Assembly (NCBI GenBank): GCA_050250895.1
Contig: JBFWNU010000001.1
Coordinates: 1,480,008-1,544,007 of the forward strand
Direction: 5' to 3'
From: Vulcanimicrobiota bacterium
GTDB lineage: Bacteria; Vulcanimicrobiota; Xenobia; Xenobiales; JADMJV01
DNA: 64,000 nucleotides
Shown here: positions 37,940-46,612 of the stretch, in pieces
How the letters are laid out: every line of letters begins with the position of its first letter
Position numbering within the stretch: position 1 is the stretch's first letter
Notes under the pieces: model-generated
The model's database searches: none
The model's input: only the letters and a program-made list of their open reading frames with translations
Told to the model about the DNA's origin: nothing
Position numbers and translations under genes: made by a program

Positions 37940-38437
37940 TTAGGCTGAGTCTACGACTTCTCGCTGGGAGGCCTTCTTACGGGCCTTCTTGGAGGGGCGA
38001 GCATCGGGCGCGATTTCTCGGCTGCGCCGTACGTCAGGGTTGGGTTTGCGAGCTTTTTGGCGCCCGCGAAGGCGTCGGCTTTCTTCTTCGGCTCGCACAG
38101 CCGCCGTGATGATGTGGTGCAGGCGGACGCGTTCGGACTCGGCGATGCTGATGAACGACTGGATCAAAGAGACCGGACGCCCTTCTTCTACTCGCTTTTG
38201 TTGGTCCTCTTGCAGGCCGCGCAAGATCGATTCGACATCTTCCATGTTCTCCTGGAGAGCTTCCAGCCGCAAAGACGCCAATCGGTCCTGAGCAAGACCG
38301 AGCAGGTCTTCCAGGCGATCTTCCTCTTCCTGGCGTGATTGAAAGGTGTGGGACTTCTCACCTTCCAGAAAGAGTTCTTCTAGCGCCTCTGCTTCAGAAC
38401 GCAGTCTCGACGCAAGCTCGAAGCTTGACTCCCTCAT
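37940..38437 (-). CDS. Stand-alone paralog of the N-terminal domain of the giant PilZ protein
   Basis: DRLA.LRLE.L...DVESILR.L..D...R.E.G...LIQ..I..AE.ER.RL is shared; basic C-terminal tail. Confidence 0.8.
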   Translation of the reverse strand: MRESSFELASRLRSEAEALEELFLEGEKSHTFQSRQEEEDRLEDLLGLAQDRLASLRLEALQENMEDVESILRGLQEDQQKRVEEGRPVSLIQSFISIAESERVRLHHIITAAVRAEEESRRLRGRQKARKPNPDVRRSREIAPDARPSKKARKKASQREVVDSA

Positions 38438-38598
38438 CTACGAAGTCCTCCAGTTCCCCAAATCGAAATTGAAAAATCGAACATACGATCTTTTAATATC
38501 CCTCAACCCAAATCCTGCCTGAGGAAGAATCCTTACAAACCAGGAGTTCTCCTCCCTCGCAATAATTGATCTGCCAGAATCTTTTCGCCGGAGGACCC

Positions 38599-38862
38599 AT
38601 GAGTCGCCCCAAAGTCGAGATCTATACCTGGCAGACATGTCCTTATTGTTGGAGGGCCAAACAGTTGCTTGAAGATAAGGGGATCGCCTATATCGAGCAT
38701 TCCGTCGACGGCGACGACGAGGCCCGGGCGAAAATGATCGAGCGCGCGGGCGGCCGGCGCAGCGTACCCCAGATTTTTATCAACGACACTCACGTCGGGG
38801 GATGTGATGACCTTCATGATTTGGAGCGCCAGGGTAAGCTCGATGCTTTGCTGGCAGGTTAA
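38599..38862 (+). CDS. grxC: Glutaredoxin 3
   Basis: CPYC, SVPQIFI, GGCDDL; GGAGG RBS. Confidence 0.95.
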   Translation: MSRPKVEIYTWQTCPYCWRAKQLLEDKGIAYIEHSVDGDDEARAKMIERAGGRRSVPQIFINDTHVGGCDDLHDLERQGKLDALLAG

Positions 38863-38885
38863 GCCTGCCGGCTGATTTCGGCGGA

Positions 38886-38931
38886 AAATGAAAAGACCCT
38901 CGGCATCGGGGGGGGTCATCCGCCAAGGGTC
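38886..38931 (-). terminator. Terminator-like hairpin with C8 loop
   Basis: Minus strand gacccttggc...cccccccc...gccgagggtc-ttttcatttt. Confidence 0.6.
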
Positions 38932-39036
38932 GGAGGCGTTAGCCTCTGTAAGAATAATACCGCAGAGACCGGATTGGTCGAAGTGACAATACTACCAAGT
39001 CTGGCTAGTATATAGCTACCAATACGTTTTTTGTGG

Positions 39037-41709
39037 TCATGAACACTGCGCTTTTACCAGGTCCTCGACCTGGGCCAGGGCGGCCGAAAGCTCATCGGGA
39101 TTGCGTCCGCCCGCTTCGGCCAGGTCAGGGCGACCGCCGCCGCCACCGCCTACGCGCTTGGCTACTTCGCGGATGAGGTTGCCAGCATGGTACCCCTGTT
39201 TGACCAACCCTTTGTCCACCAGGGCCAGCAACGAGACCTTGCCGCCAGCCGTGCCGGCCAGAACGGCGATTCCCTGGAAGGTCGGGCGCAGAGCATCGGC
39301 CACTTTGCGCAGGTAGTCGGGGCCATGGGGTCCCAAATCGTGAGCCAGCAAGGCCACCTCGCCGACCTGCCGCTGGTTCTTGAGCAGCCCTTCGACCTGC
39401 TGGCTGGCCTCGGCCTGGCGAGCCCTCTCGAGTTCTTTTTCGAGATTTTTCTGCGTTTCCAGTAGAGCTTCGACCTTCTTGGCCACATCGCGCGCAGGCA
39501 CCCCCAACTCACGGCCGAGTTGCTCGAGCAGTTCCCGCTCCTGGCGCGCCGCCTCTAAGGTGGGCAGGCCGCAGATGGCCTCGACCCGGCGAATGCCAGC
39601 GGCGATAGCACCCTCCGAGACAAAGCGGTAGGGTCCCAGGTCGCCGGTTCGCAGGGCGTGGGTGCCGCCGCAAAGTTCCATCGAATAGCCGTCAAAAACA
39701 GGGTCTTCGAGCAGCCCCGAACCCTCACCGCCAATCTTGACCACCCGAACCTTGTCTCCATACTTGTCGCCAAAGAAGGCGATTACCGAGTCGGGCTTTT
39801 TGGACATGGGGATCTCGAACCATGAGACCGGTTCGTTCTCGAGGATGCGGGCATTGATCATCTCTTCGATCGTGGTCAATTCTGAGGACTTGACCCCTTC
39901 GAAGTGGGTAAAGTCAAAGCGCAGCCGTTCGGGGGCCACCAGCGAGCCCTGTTGGCGAACGTCCTTGCCCAAGACTTCGCGCAGGGCCCAGTGAAGCAGG
40001 TGGGTAACGGTGTGATGCCGCTGAATCTGGCGACGCCGCTCGCCATCTACCAGGGCCTGCACTTCGGCACCGGCCTGGGGAACCTGGCCGCTCACCAGGT
40101 GGCAGCGGTGAATGACCACGCCTTCTCGTTTTTGAGTGTCCTCTACCGCAAGTTCGAAGCCTTCCCCCACCAGTTGGCCCTTGTCGCCGAGCTGGCCACC
40201 CATTTCGCCGTAGAAGGGAGTGCTCTCCAGCACGATCTCGGGCTTCTTGGGATTGCCCAGCACGGCCTGGACCCGGGTCGACTCCTCTAGCTTTTCAAAG
40301 CCCACGAAGGGGGTGGGAGGCAGGTCGAGTTCGACCGCCTCGGCCGAAATCACCACTTTGGTCTGAGCGGCCCGAGCGCGTTCGCGCTGCTCTTCCATAC
40401 ATTTCTCGAAGGTCTCGCGATCCACCGTGAGGTTTCGCTCCCGAGCCATCGCCTCGGTCAGATCGACCGGAAAGCCATAGGTGTCATAAAGCTTAAAGGC
40501 GGCCTCGCCCGAGAACACGGTGGTCTGGCCCAACCCGGCCACCTCTTCTTCGAAGAGATGGATGCCGCGGTCGAGCGTCTGGTTGAACGAGACCTCTTCG
40601 GCCTTGATGATGCGCTCGATCTTGTCCCGTTCGCGAATGACCTCGGGAAAGACATGCCCCATGTGTTCGGCCAGCACCTTGACCAGTTTAAAGAGAAACG
40701 GCTCGGTCAGCTCAAGCTTGCGCCCGTAGCGGGCCGCCCTTCTCAACAGGCGACGCACGACATAGCCGCGCCCATCGTTGGACGGAATAGCTCCGTCGGC
40801 GACCGAGAAGGTGATCATGCGAATATGGTCGGCGCAGACCCGCATCGCGATCGAAACGTCATCGCCCGACTGGCCCGGGTGATAGGTTTTGCCCGACATC
40901 TGGGCCAGGGCCTCGATGATGGGGCGGAAGACCTCGGTGTCGTAGTTGGACACCTCGACGTCAAAATTCTTGCCGCCGGTGCACTCGAGCACCGAGCAGG
41001 CCCGCTCGAAGCCCATGCCGGTGTCCACATGCTTGGCCGGAAGTTCGCGCAGCGTTCCGTCGGCTTCCTGGTTGTATTGTATGAAGACCAGGTTCCACAG
41101 TTCGATGGCCAGCGGCGATCCCTGGTTGACCAGCGGTCCCCCGCTCTTGTCAGGGGTCAAATCGATGTGAATCTCTGAGCAGGGGCCGCAGGGGCCGGTA
41201 TCGCCCATCATCCAGAAGTTGTCGTCTTTGCCAAAGAAGAGGATGTGGCTGGGATCGATGTCGGTGCAGGTCCGCCAGAGTTCGGCCGCCTCTTCATCCT
41301 TGTCGAGGTCGTCGGTGCCCCCGAACACGGTGGCGTAGAGGCGGTCTTTGGGCAGCTTCCAAACCTGGGTGAGCAGCTCCCAGGCCCACTCGATGGCTTC
41401 CTTCTTGTAGTAGTCACCGAACGACCAGTTGCCCAACATCTCGAAGAAGGTGTGGTGATACGTGTCGTGACCGGTTTCTTCGAGGTCGTTGTGCTTGCCC
41501 GAGACGCGAATGCACTTCTGGGTGTCGGCAATGCGCCGGTTGCGTGGGGTAGCCTGGCCCAGGAAATAGGGCTTGAACTGATTCATGCCGGCATTGGTAA
41601 AAAGCAGGGTGGGGTCGTCGGCCGGCACCACCGGGGCGCTAGCGACGATCTCGTGCTGCTTTTGCTCGAAAAAATCTAGGAACGATTGACGAATCTCTGG
41701 GCCTTTCAT
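39037..41709 (-). CDS. alaS: Alanine--tRNA ligase
   Basis: FTNAGMNQFK, FEMLGNWSFGDY, DTGMGFER, HTVTH, ELCGGTH, GGGGG. Confidence 0.98.
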   Translation of the reverse strand: MKGPEIRQSFLDFFEQKQHEIVASAPVVPADDPTLLFTNAGMNQFKPYFLGQATPRNRRIADTQKCIRVSGKHNDLEETGHDTYHHTFFEMLGNWSFGDYYKKEAIEWAWELLTQVWKLPKDRLYATVFGGTDDLDKDEEAAELWRTCTDIDPSHILFFGKDDNFWMMGDTGPCGPCSEIHIDLTPDKSGGPLVNQGSPLAIELWNLVFIQYNQEADGTLRELPAKHVDTGMGFERACSVLECTGGKNFDVEVSNYDTEVFRPIIEALAQMSGKTYHPGQSGDDVSIAMRVCADHIRMITFSVADGAIPSNDGRGYVVRRLLRRAARYGRKLELTEPFLFKLVKVLAEHMGHVFPEVIRERDKIERIIKAEEVSFNQTLDRGIHLFEEEVAGLGQTTVFSGEAAFKLYDTYGFPVDLTEAMARERNLTVDRETFEKCMEEQRERARAAQTKVVISAEAVELDLPPTPFVGFEKLEESTRVQAVLGNPKKPEIVLESTPFYGEMGGQLGDKGQLVGEGFELAVEDTQKREGVVIHRCHLVSGQVPQAGAEVQALVDGERRRQIQRHHTVTHLLHWALREVLGKDVRQQGSLVAPERLRFDFTHFEGVKSSELTTIEEMINARILENEPVSWFEIPMSKKPDSVIAFFGDKYGDKVRVVKIGGEGSGLLEDPVFDGYSMELCGGTHALRTGDLGPYRFVSEGAIAAGIRRVEAICGLPTLEAARQERELLEQLGRELGVPARDVAKKVEALLETQKNLEKELERARQAEASQQVEGLLKNQRQVGEVALLAHDLGPHGPDYLRKVADALRPTFQGIAVLAGTAGGKVSLLALVDKGLVKQGYHAGNLIREVAKRVGGGGGGRPDLAEAGGRNPDELSAALAQVEDLVKAQCS

Positions 41710-41758
41710 GGTGGCTCCTCTCAGAAGGAGACCGATTCTGGCCAGACGGGGTTACTTC

Positions 41759-44176
41759 CTACCGTTTTCGGGCTAGCTCGGGATAGCGCCGATCAATAAT
41801 ACGCAAGAACGCCTCGACCAGGTCGGGGTCGAAGTGGGTAGCTTTGCCCTCTTCTAGGATTCGCCGCACCTTGGCCACTTCCATGCCAGCTTTGTAGGGG
41901 CGCTCGGCGGCCAGGGCGTCAAACACGTCAGCCACCGCGATGACCCGAGCCGGCAGGGGAATCTGGTCGCCGCTGAGGCCGTCGGGATAGCCCTTTCCGT
42001 CCCAGCGCTCGTGGTGGCCTCGGATGGTGGGGCACAAATGGCGAAGCGACGCGATGGGATAGACGATCTGCTCGCCATAAATGGGGTGCATCTTGACCAG
42101 TTCGTACTCTTCCTCGGTCAGGCGCCCCGGCTTGTAGAGAATTTCCTTGGGAATGTGGATCTTGCCGATGTCGTGCAAGAGCCCAGCTCGCAGCATATCC
42201 TGCCCTGACATAAACTCGCCGATCTGGTCGAGTTTGGCGTCCGACTCCCCGTCGAGCAAGAAGCCCATTTCGCCGATATCCTTGAGCATGGCCCCGAACT
42301 TGATCTCTTTGCGGGTGTTCTTGTCGCTGATCCCAACCTCGTCGGCCAGTTCCATGGCCAGATCCAGCACCCGGGCCGAGTGGGCATAGGTGAACTCGCC
42401 GCCCATCTTGAGGATCAGGCCCAGGCTGTTGACGGCCGTGTTCTCGTCGAGTTCTTCCAGTTCTTCGTCGCGGTAGAGCTTTTTCAGCAGGGCCGAGATA
42501 GAGTGTCCGGCCATCCGCGAGGCGGTGTCGAAGCTGGCCTGAGTCGGCACCATGGTGTTGAGTTTGGCCATGCTCAGACGATAGGCGTCGAGGCTGGTGG
42601 TCAGACGCAGGCCGCGAACGTTGGCTTTTTCGGCGGCCTCGGTGCCCGCCTGGGCCGGAGGACCGCCACCGGGACCTTTGCCACCCCCTTCGCGCTCCCC
42701 GGCTTTCATCGACCCCGTCAAGGGATGGCGGGCCGCGGCCTGATGGACCGACTGGCGCGAGTTGGCCGGGGCCTGCTGCTGTTGCTGCTGCTGGGCCTGC
42801 GCGGTGCTGGCCTGGTGAGGATCGTTGGGTTTGCCGGCCGCTCCCCGATAGGAAGGCAAATAGCCCGACTCGTCGGGTCGCCCTGGCCGGCGCATCGAGA
42901 TCGGCTCGACCCGGTCTTCGAAGTTGCTGCGGCTGGACTCGAACAGCCCGTCGAGAACGGGGTTGAAGATGGGGATGTGGGAAGTGACCGGCCGCTTGCC
43001 GGTGGCCGCTCCTCGAGGCGGTTGGCCGGGGGTTTGCTGGGCCCGTGGCATGCCCTCGGAGGATAGTTGCCGTTTCTCTCCGGGCAGGCTGGCCTGGAGC
43101 GGACGACCGCTATCGCCCGGCCGGCCGGGCATGAAGCCCGACTTGGCGCCCCGCAGCGAGGCTCGTCGCGGCTCGCCGAAGCTCTCGCCAGCGGTGCGGC
43201 GAGTGCGCAGCAGTTGAGGGCCGCTCTCGGCCTCTTCGGAATGGTGGTGGGTCTGGGTGGCCGACGCGTCCCGCTTGTCCTTGGTCAGGGCCTTGGTGTC
43301 TCCGGTCAGAGCAGCCCCCCGCAAGAGTTCGGAGCTGCGGGTAGTGTCCTCTGCTCGGGGGGCGGCCGGAGCTTGACGGGCGGGCTCGGATTGGGTCTCG
43401 CGTTTGACCTGCGTTTCGGCCCGCGGGGCGGGTTGGCTGGGAGCCTGCCGCTCTTGTTTGAGCAGGCTACCGCGCTCGCTCGACGACGGCGCTGTTCTAG
43501 CCTCGTTCTTGGGTTGGGCCGTGGTCTCGGTCCTGTTTTGTGGTTGGGGGTGCTCGTCGCTGGTCTCGTGGGCGGTGGTGGTCGCAGCCGCGTCGGGTTT
43601 GCCGGCCGGCTTCTGGGCCTTGCTCTGGGCGGTGCCGGCTTCGGTCTGCTGCTGGGGTGTCTCGGGCTGTTTCTCGCGCGCTTCGAGGCGCGCGCTGACC
43701 CGTTCCATGTGCTGGCGCAGCTGCGCCAGGGCCTCGCGGGCCTGGCTCTGAAACTTTTCTTGCGGTGTTTGAGCCTGTTGGCTCTTTTGGGTGGCTTGCT
43801 GCTCTTTGGCTTGTTCTGATTTGTTGGTGTGGGCGGCTTTAAAGGCGGCGGTGGCGCGACTCATCTTGCGCAGCAGTTCGAAGTCGTTGACATCGAAATT
43901 CTCGAGGTCGGTGAGATGGGCCATGGCTTCTTCGCCTTCGAGGGCTGCTTCGTGGTCGAGCTTTCCGCTTTCGCGCAGGGTGTCCCAGGTGCGTTTGAGC
44001 TGATCGGCCGCGCTAAAGAGCCGCTGGCGGGCCAGACTTTGTTGGTTGACGCCGTCTTGAGCGGTCGCAGCGGCTGGCTCTTGGGAGGGTGCTTGAGGCT
44101 TGGCCTGATCGGCTTCACTGGCGCCTTTGCGAACGCCGTCGGCAGAGGTGAATCCCTTCTGCTGGACATTGATCAT
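41759..44176 (-). CDS. HD-GYP c-di-GMP phosphodiesterase with long disordered N-terminus
   Basis: HSARV, LHDIGK, HHERWDGKGYP, ADVFDAL...RPYK; start could be 44194. Confidence 0.9.
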   Translation of the reverse strand: MINVQQKGFTSADGVRKGASEADQAKPQAPSQEPAAATAQDGVNQQSLARQRLFSAADQLKRTWDTLRESGKLDHEAALEGEEAMAHLTDLENFDVNDFELLRKMSRATAAFKAAHTNKSEQAKEQQATQKSQQAQTPQEKFQSQAREALAQLRQHMERVSARLEAREKQPETPQQQTEAGTAQSKAQKPAGKPDAAATTTAHETSDEHPQPQNRTETTAQPKNEARTAPSSSERGSLLKQERQAPSQPAPRAETQVKRETQSEPARQAPAAPRAEDTTRSSELLRGAALTGDTKALTKDKRDASATQTHHHSEEAESGPQLLRTRRTAGESFGEPRRASLRGAKSGFMPGRPGDSGRPLQASLPGEKRQLSSEGMPRAQQTPGQPPRGAATGKRPVTSHIPIFNPVLDGLFESSRSNFEDRVEPISMRRPGRPDESGYLPSYRGAAGKPNDPHQASTAQAQQQQQQQAPANSRQSVHQAAARHPLTGSMKAGEREGGGKGPGGGPPAQAGTEAAEKANVRGLRLTTSLDAYRLSMAKLNTMVPTQASFDTASRMAGHSISALLKKLYRDEELEELDENTAVNSLGLILKMGGEFTYAHSARVLDLAMELADEVGISDKNTRKEIKFGAMLKDIGEMGFLLDGESDAKLDQIGEFMSGQDMLRAGLLHDIGKIHIPKEILYKPGRLTEEEYELVKMHPIYGEQIVYPIASLRHLCPTIRGHHERWDGKGYPDGLSGDQIPLPARVIAVADVFDALAAERPYKAGMEVAKVRRILEEGKATHFDPDLVEAFLRIIDRRYPELARKR

Positions 44177-44325
44177 GGAAGTGAAGTCGAACATCGAAAA
44201 GTCTGGCCCCTTATGTTATCACGACCAGCCAAACAAGGTAAAGGCAAAGGGATCAAACTTCCCAAAACGAAGGACAGGCCACGTCGCTTTCCGGCGGCTC
44301 GAGTGACCAACCCCGGAGGTATGCC

Positions 44326-44838
44326 ATGAGTGGTGCCCAGATGGCTCCAGAATTCAGTCTTGAAGACACGCGAGGTCAGACCGTCAGGCTTTCTGACCAT
44401 CGCGGACGGGTGGTCATTTTGATCTTCGCCAGTCAAGCCACCCAGGAGGCCGCCTCGCGAGCCGCCAGCGGGCTTGGCAAGCGACTTCTACAGAACCCTC
44501 AGGTGGACATGTTCACCATCGTCAGCGTGCCCAAGATGTTCAAAATGATGGCTCAGGGGCTGCTCAAAGGAGCTCAGGACAAGGCTCTCTCGGCAGCTCG
44601 GAAGCGCTTCGAGAAAGAGGGCGCCGAAGTCCCCGCCGACCTGGAAAAGCGCATCTACATCTTGCCAGATTGGAATGGTGAGCAGGTCAAGCAGTTTGGC
44701 TTTGATCCCAAGGCCAAGATGGTCCACGTGGCCCTGGTCGCTCCCGACGGCACGGTGCCCGAGCGGGTCTCTTCGGAAGATGGCGAAAAAGCGGCCGAGG
44801 CCATCGCCGAGAAAACGCTCGCCCTACTCGGCCTGTAG
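44326..44838 (+). CDS. AhpC/TSA-like thioredoxin-fold protein without cysteines
   Basis: APEFSLED..G..VRLSD.RG.VVILIF, LPDW.G, LVAPDG; GGAGG RBS. Confidence 0.75.
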   Translation: MSGAQMAPEFSLEDTRGQTVRLSDHRGRVVILIFASQATQEAASRAASGLGKRLLQNPQVDMFTIVSVPKMFKMMAQGLLKGAQDKALSAARKRFEKEGAEVPADLEKRIYILPDWNGEQVKQFGFDPKAKMVHVALVAPDGTVPERVSSEDGEKAAEAIAEKTLALLGL

Positions 44839-44844
44839 GACCTT

Positions 44845-45342
44845 CTACTTCTCGTCGGTGTTGGTGAAGTCCGACGGCTTGAGGTCGTCGATGAACTTCT
44901 TGAACTCGGTGTATTCCTTGGCGTCGTCGCTGCGCGACTTGTCTTCGACCGTCTCCTCGAGAATGATCTGCTCAGAGACGTAGATGGGCGAGTTGGTGCG
45001 CAGGGCCAGGGCGATGCTGTCACTGGGCCGGGCGTCGATCTCGAGGGGGCCGACGTTGGATTCGAGCACGACCTTGGCATAAAACGTATTCTCTTGAATG
45101 TCGTGAATGATGATACGGTCGACCCGGGCGCGGAGCGCCTCGATGACGGACTTCATCAGGTCGTGAGAGAGCGGGCGAGGGACCTGGGTCCCTTCCAGGG
45201 CGAGGGCGATGGCGGTGGCTTCGAACGGTCCGATCAGGATGGGCAGATGACGCTTGCCTTCGAGGTCTTTCAAGATGACGACCGGGTCGTGGGTGAGGAG
45301 GTCAATCCCCAACTTGTCGACTTTCATCCTCCGCATTCCCAT
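44845..45342 (-). CDS. Bifunctional nuclease (DUF151) family protein
   Basis: LPILIG..EA.AI, PRPLSHDL, IDARPSDSIALALR. Confidence 0.92.
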   Translation of the reverse strand: MGMRRMKVDKLGIDLLTHDPVVILKDLEGKRHLPILIGPFEATAIALALEGTQVPRPLSHDLMKSVIEALRARVDRIIIHDIQENTFYAKVVLESNVGPLEIDARPSDSIALALRTNSPIYVSEQIILEETVEDKSRSDDAKEYTEFKKFIDDLKPSDFTNTDEK

Positions 45343-45488
45343 GTGCCGGTTAACCCTCTCTAGATTGAACAAGTATAAAGCGTAGATGCGATGATCCCTG
45401 AGTACTGTTCCCTGGACCACAAGTAAATCCTCTGTCCGCCAGGCAGTTATTACAAGGGCACGGCCCGCGCTCTGGCGAAGGCGGGGCG

Positions 45489-46205
45489 GTGGAAAATCCA
45501 GTAGCCCTCATCTCCGACTGGAAGGGTTTAGCCGGTCCGGCCATCGCCCTGGCCCTGGCCCGTTGTGACTTCTCGCTGATGATCAACGGCCCCGAAGACG
45601 AGATATTCTCTCTTCAGACCGGAGAATTCCACGGCAAGATCCTGGCTCTGCCCTTCGACTACTCCTCTGAAGAGGCGGTCGAGCACGTCTTTTCGGCCGG
45701 GATCGATATCTTTGGGCGGGTCGACATTCTGGTCAACAACATCTATCACTGGAATGATGCGGCCCTGGGCGAGATTACCGATCAGATGTGGAACGACGTG
45801 CTCAACAACAACTTGAGGGCAAGCTTCTATGTTTGCCGCGCAGCCGCCCGACTGATGCAGGCTCTGGAGTATGGCAAGATCATCAACGTCACTTCCACCT
45901 CCTCGTTCTCGGGAGTCCACACCCAGTTTGCTGCCAGTTGCGCAGCCCTGCACTCGTTGACCCGGTCGCTGGCGCGCGAGCTGGCTCCCCTGGTGAGGGT
46001 CAATAGCATCGCCTGCGGACTGGTCGAGGAGCCGTGGGTGGATGAGGGGGGTCCCGAGCTGAGGGCGGCCTTGACGCGCAGTATTCCCCTGGGGCGGTTG
46101 TGCCGCACCGAAGACGTGGCCGAAGCGGTGGCTTACCTGGCCACAGGGGCCGACTTTATGACCGGACAAATGCTGGTGATCGATGGTGGAGAGACGATGC
46201 GATGA
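45489..46205 (+). CDS. SDR-family protein with degenerate catalytic motif
   Basis: VDILVNN, LTRSLARELAP.VRVN, FMTGQ.L.IDGG; YxxxK position reads FAASC. Confidence 0.85.
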   Translation: MENPVALISDWKGLAGPAIALALARCDFSLMINGPEDEIFSLQTGEFHGKILALPFDYSSEEAVEHVFSAGIDIFGRVDILVNNIYHWNDAALGEITDQMWNDVLNNNLRASFYVCRAAARLMQALEYGKIINVTSTSSFSGVHTQFAASCAALHSLTRSLARELAPLVRVNSIACGLVEEPWVDEGGPELRAALTRSIPLGRLCRTEDVAEAVAYLATGADFMTGQMLVIDGGETMR

Positions 46206-46561
46206 GAGTTTGGCTGTGCCTTTTGTGGCTGGGTTTGAGTCTGGCGGCAGCGGCCGTGCCGGTGGACGAGGCTTCGATGGTGGGTCGCTGGGAAGCTACG
46301 GTCAATCGCCGCACCCCTGACAACAAACGGGTGGAAATCACCTACACCTGGGTGTTTCAAGAAGACCATACGGGCTGGCAGGGGATCAAGAATAGCCAGT
46401 TCGAGGTGGACTCGAAGTCGGAGCTGACCTGGGATATCGACGATCGGACCCTCAATGTGCGCACCAGATCCGGCTTGCGGAGTTATCCGATTATCTCGGT
46501 CAATCGGCTCGAGATGGTCCTGCGCGACGGCAAGCGGGTCACTTACAAGCGCACTCCATAG
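46202..46561 (+). CDS. Small secreted beta-barrel (lipocalin-like) protein
   Basis: Signal peptide, MVGRW...F.ED.TG...W.I...TL...YKR. Confidence 0.6.
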   Translation: MRVWLCLLWLGLSLAAAAVPVDEASMVGRWEATVNRRTPDNKRVEITYTWVFQEDHTGWQGIKNSQFEVDSKSELTWDIDDRTLNVRTRSGLRSYPIISVNRLEMVLRDGKRVTYKRTP

Positions 46562-46612
46562 AAGAAGCGTTCGACAGGACTCGCATGATCGGTCGAGAAC
46601 TTCGCCGCACCC

